Of a DNA stretch of 31,422 nt, positions 31,416-31,422 are shown piece by piece. The notes beneath the pieces are model-generated. The model did no database searches and was not told where the DNA came from. It saw only the letters and a list, made by a program, of their open reading frames with translations. Numbering within the stretch: the stretch's first letter is position 1; every line of letters starts with the position of its first letter. Both the position numbers and the translations under genes were made by a program. Source of the stretch: a virus; the IMG/VR virus record IMGVR_UViG_3300017978_000047, positions 1 to 31,422 of that record; one strand, given 5' to 3'.

Positions 31416-31422
31416 AATGATA
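31368..31422. repeat. terminal direct repeat, copy 2 (identical to 1..55)
   Basis: Exact 55-nt identity with the window start. Confidence 0.95.

Noticed and set aside
1-31422. Prophage boundaries, att sites, integrase or repressor, tRNA genes, CRISPR arrays, transposons
   Set aside because: The 55-nt end repeat is an exact overlap through intact genes, not att-like. No tyrosine or serine recombinase motifs, CI-like repressor, cloverleaf-capable tRNA sequence, or regularly spaced repeat-spacer array was seen on either strand.

Overview
The window is a complete, circularly closed genome of a tailed dsDNA phage. The first 55 nt recur exactly as the last 55 nt, giving a unique length of 31,367 bp, and ORFs read seamlessly through the junction. 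The sequence is AT-rich. Every credible gene (about 65) is on the + strand, tightly packed, with many ATGA/TAATG stop-start overlaps. Start codons are preceded by A-rich leaders rather than Shine-Dalgarno sequences. Three intergenic sites carry the Bacteroidota-type TAnnTTTG promoter box, and the lysis cassette ends in a lipoprotein spanin. From these I infer a siphovirus-like phage of a Bacteroidota (Flavobacteriia-like) host. It is probably virulent, since I see no integrase or repressor. Modules around the circle: (1) 29674..31415 and 50..5122, tail genes: a tail assembly chaperone with a T9 recoding site, neck/tail-completion proteins, two large tail proteins and the tape measure. (2) 5160..11610, head genes: XkdF-like protease, a HAD phosphatase insert, scaffold, major capsid, a terminator-insulated 175-aa protein, and a portal with a MuF-like C-terminus. 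(3) 11615..14483, a tail fibre with S74 chaperone domain. (4) 14538..16145, lysis: holin, GH24 endolysin, unimolecular spanin. (5) 16369..27400, early genes: NinG, ERF, two HNH endonucleases, a mini SSB-like protein, DnaB-like ATPase, C5 DNA methyltransferase, sigma-70/ECF-like factor, FEN exonuclease, DnaA-C-like HTH protein and many small ORFs. (6) 27406..28863, terminase. All family assignments come from motif recognition by eye; no searches were run. The most interesting signals are the recoding site at 30155..30163, a composite repeat array at 29477..29578 paired with a phage sigma factor, a 98-aa protein ending in the SSB-type DLPF tip, homing endonucleases interleaved with recombination genes, and the non-canonical order of structural modules.
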